The notes under the pieces: generated by a model
What the model was told of the DNA's origin: nothing
Databases searched by the model: none
Seen by the model: the letters and a program-made list of their open reading frames with translations, nothing else
Part shown: positions 63,664 through 64,000 of the stretch, one piece after another
How the letters are laid out: each line of letters opens with the position of its first letter
How positions within the stretch are numbered: the first letter of the stretch is position 1
Position numbers and translations under genes: made by a program
DNA from: the human T2T-CHM13v2.0 reference genome, Homo sapiens
Reading direction: 5' to 3' (one strand)
Length of the DNA stretch: 64,000 bases
NCBI RefSeq assembly: GCF_009914755.1
Contig: NC_060939.1

Positions 63664-64000
63664 GGAGAGGCCTAGCAAAGATGGGCTCAGGTCCTAGCCG
63701 TGGGTGTGATATGCTTTGGAGAAAGTGAGGTTAAGTTAGCTTAGAAGTCTAGGATTTGTAGTCCCAGCCCCTTTCGTGGAAGAAGGTTAAGGGAGAGGAG
63801 ACTAACCGCTGTTTAAGCAGAGGGAATAAGCTTGCTTTCTGAGGATCCCTGGACCTGATTCTTCACCCTCCATGCCCTGTGGGATCCTTGGGACAGAAAC
63901 AAAAGTTGGCAAGGGGCAGGAAAGATGAGATGTTTAGATAAAGAGAACAGTGTTTAAACACGCATAGCAAAACAAAAGTTTTGAGGGAGGGGGCAAACAG

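Overview
This window is primate (human-like) genomic DNA from inside the PDE8A gene (cAMP phosphodiesterase 8A) on the + strand. It covers the last ~46.6 kb of a large intron, then four coding exons (46598-46654, 49227-49417, 58076-58132, 58947-59001). These splice in frame with GT-AG boundaries into VAVADVQFGPMRFHQDQLQ-VLLVFTKED...[44 protein letters not shown], the N-terminal receiver (REC)-like region. They are probably exons 2-5 (numbering from memory of the gene). The rest is mostly transposon fossils: about 30 Alu/FLAM copies, a dead near-full-length L1PA nested in an old L1M, L2, MIR, MaLR LTRs and MER DNA transposons. Almost all ORFs in the supplied track are Alu/L1-derived or chance. 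I found no convincing new biological system. The best leads are: (1) a triplicated target site showing two L1s inserted at the same site; (2) a degenerate CR1/L3 ORF1 esterase fossil upstream of exon 4; (3) a stop-free 360-nt exon 2-5 module flanked by inverted Alus; (4) two atypical Alu insertion structures; (5) a 5'UTR deletion in the L1PA. Repeat subfamily calls and boundaries were made by eye against remembered consensus sequences and are approximate.
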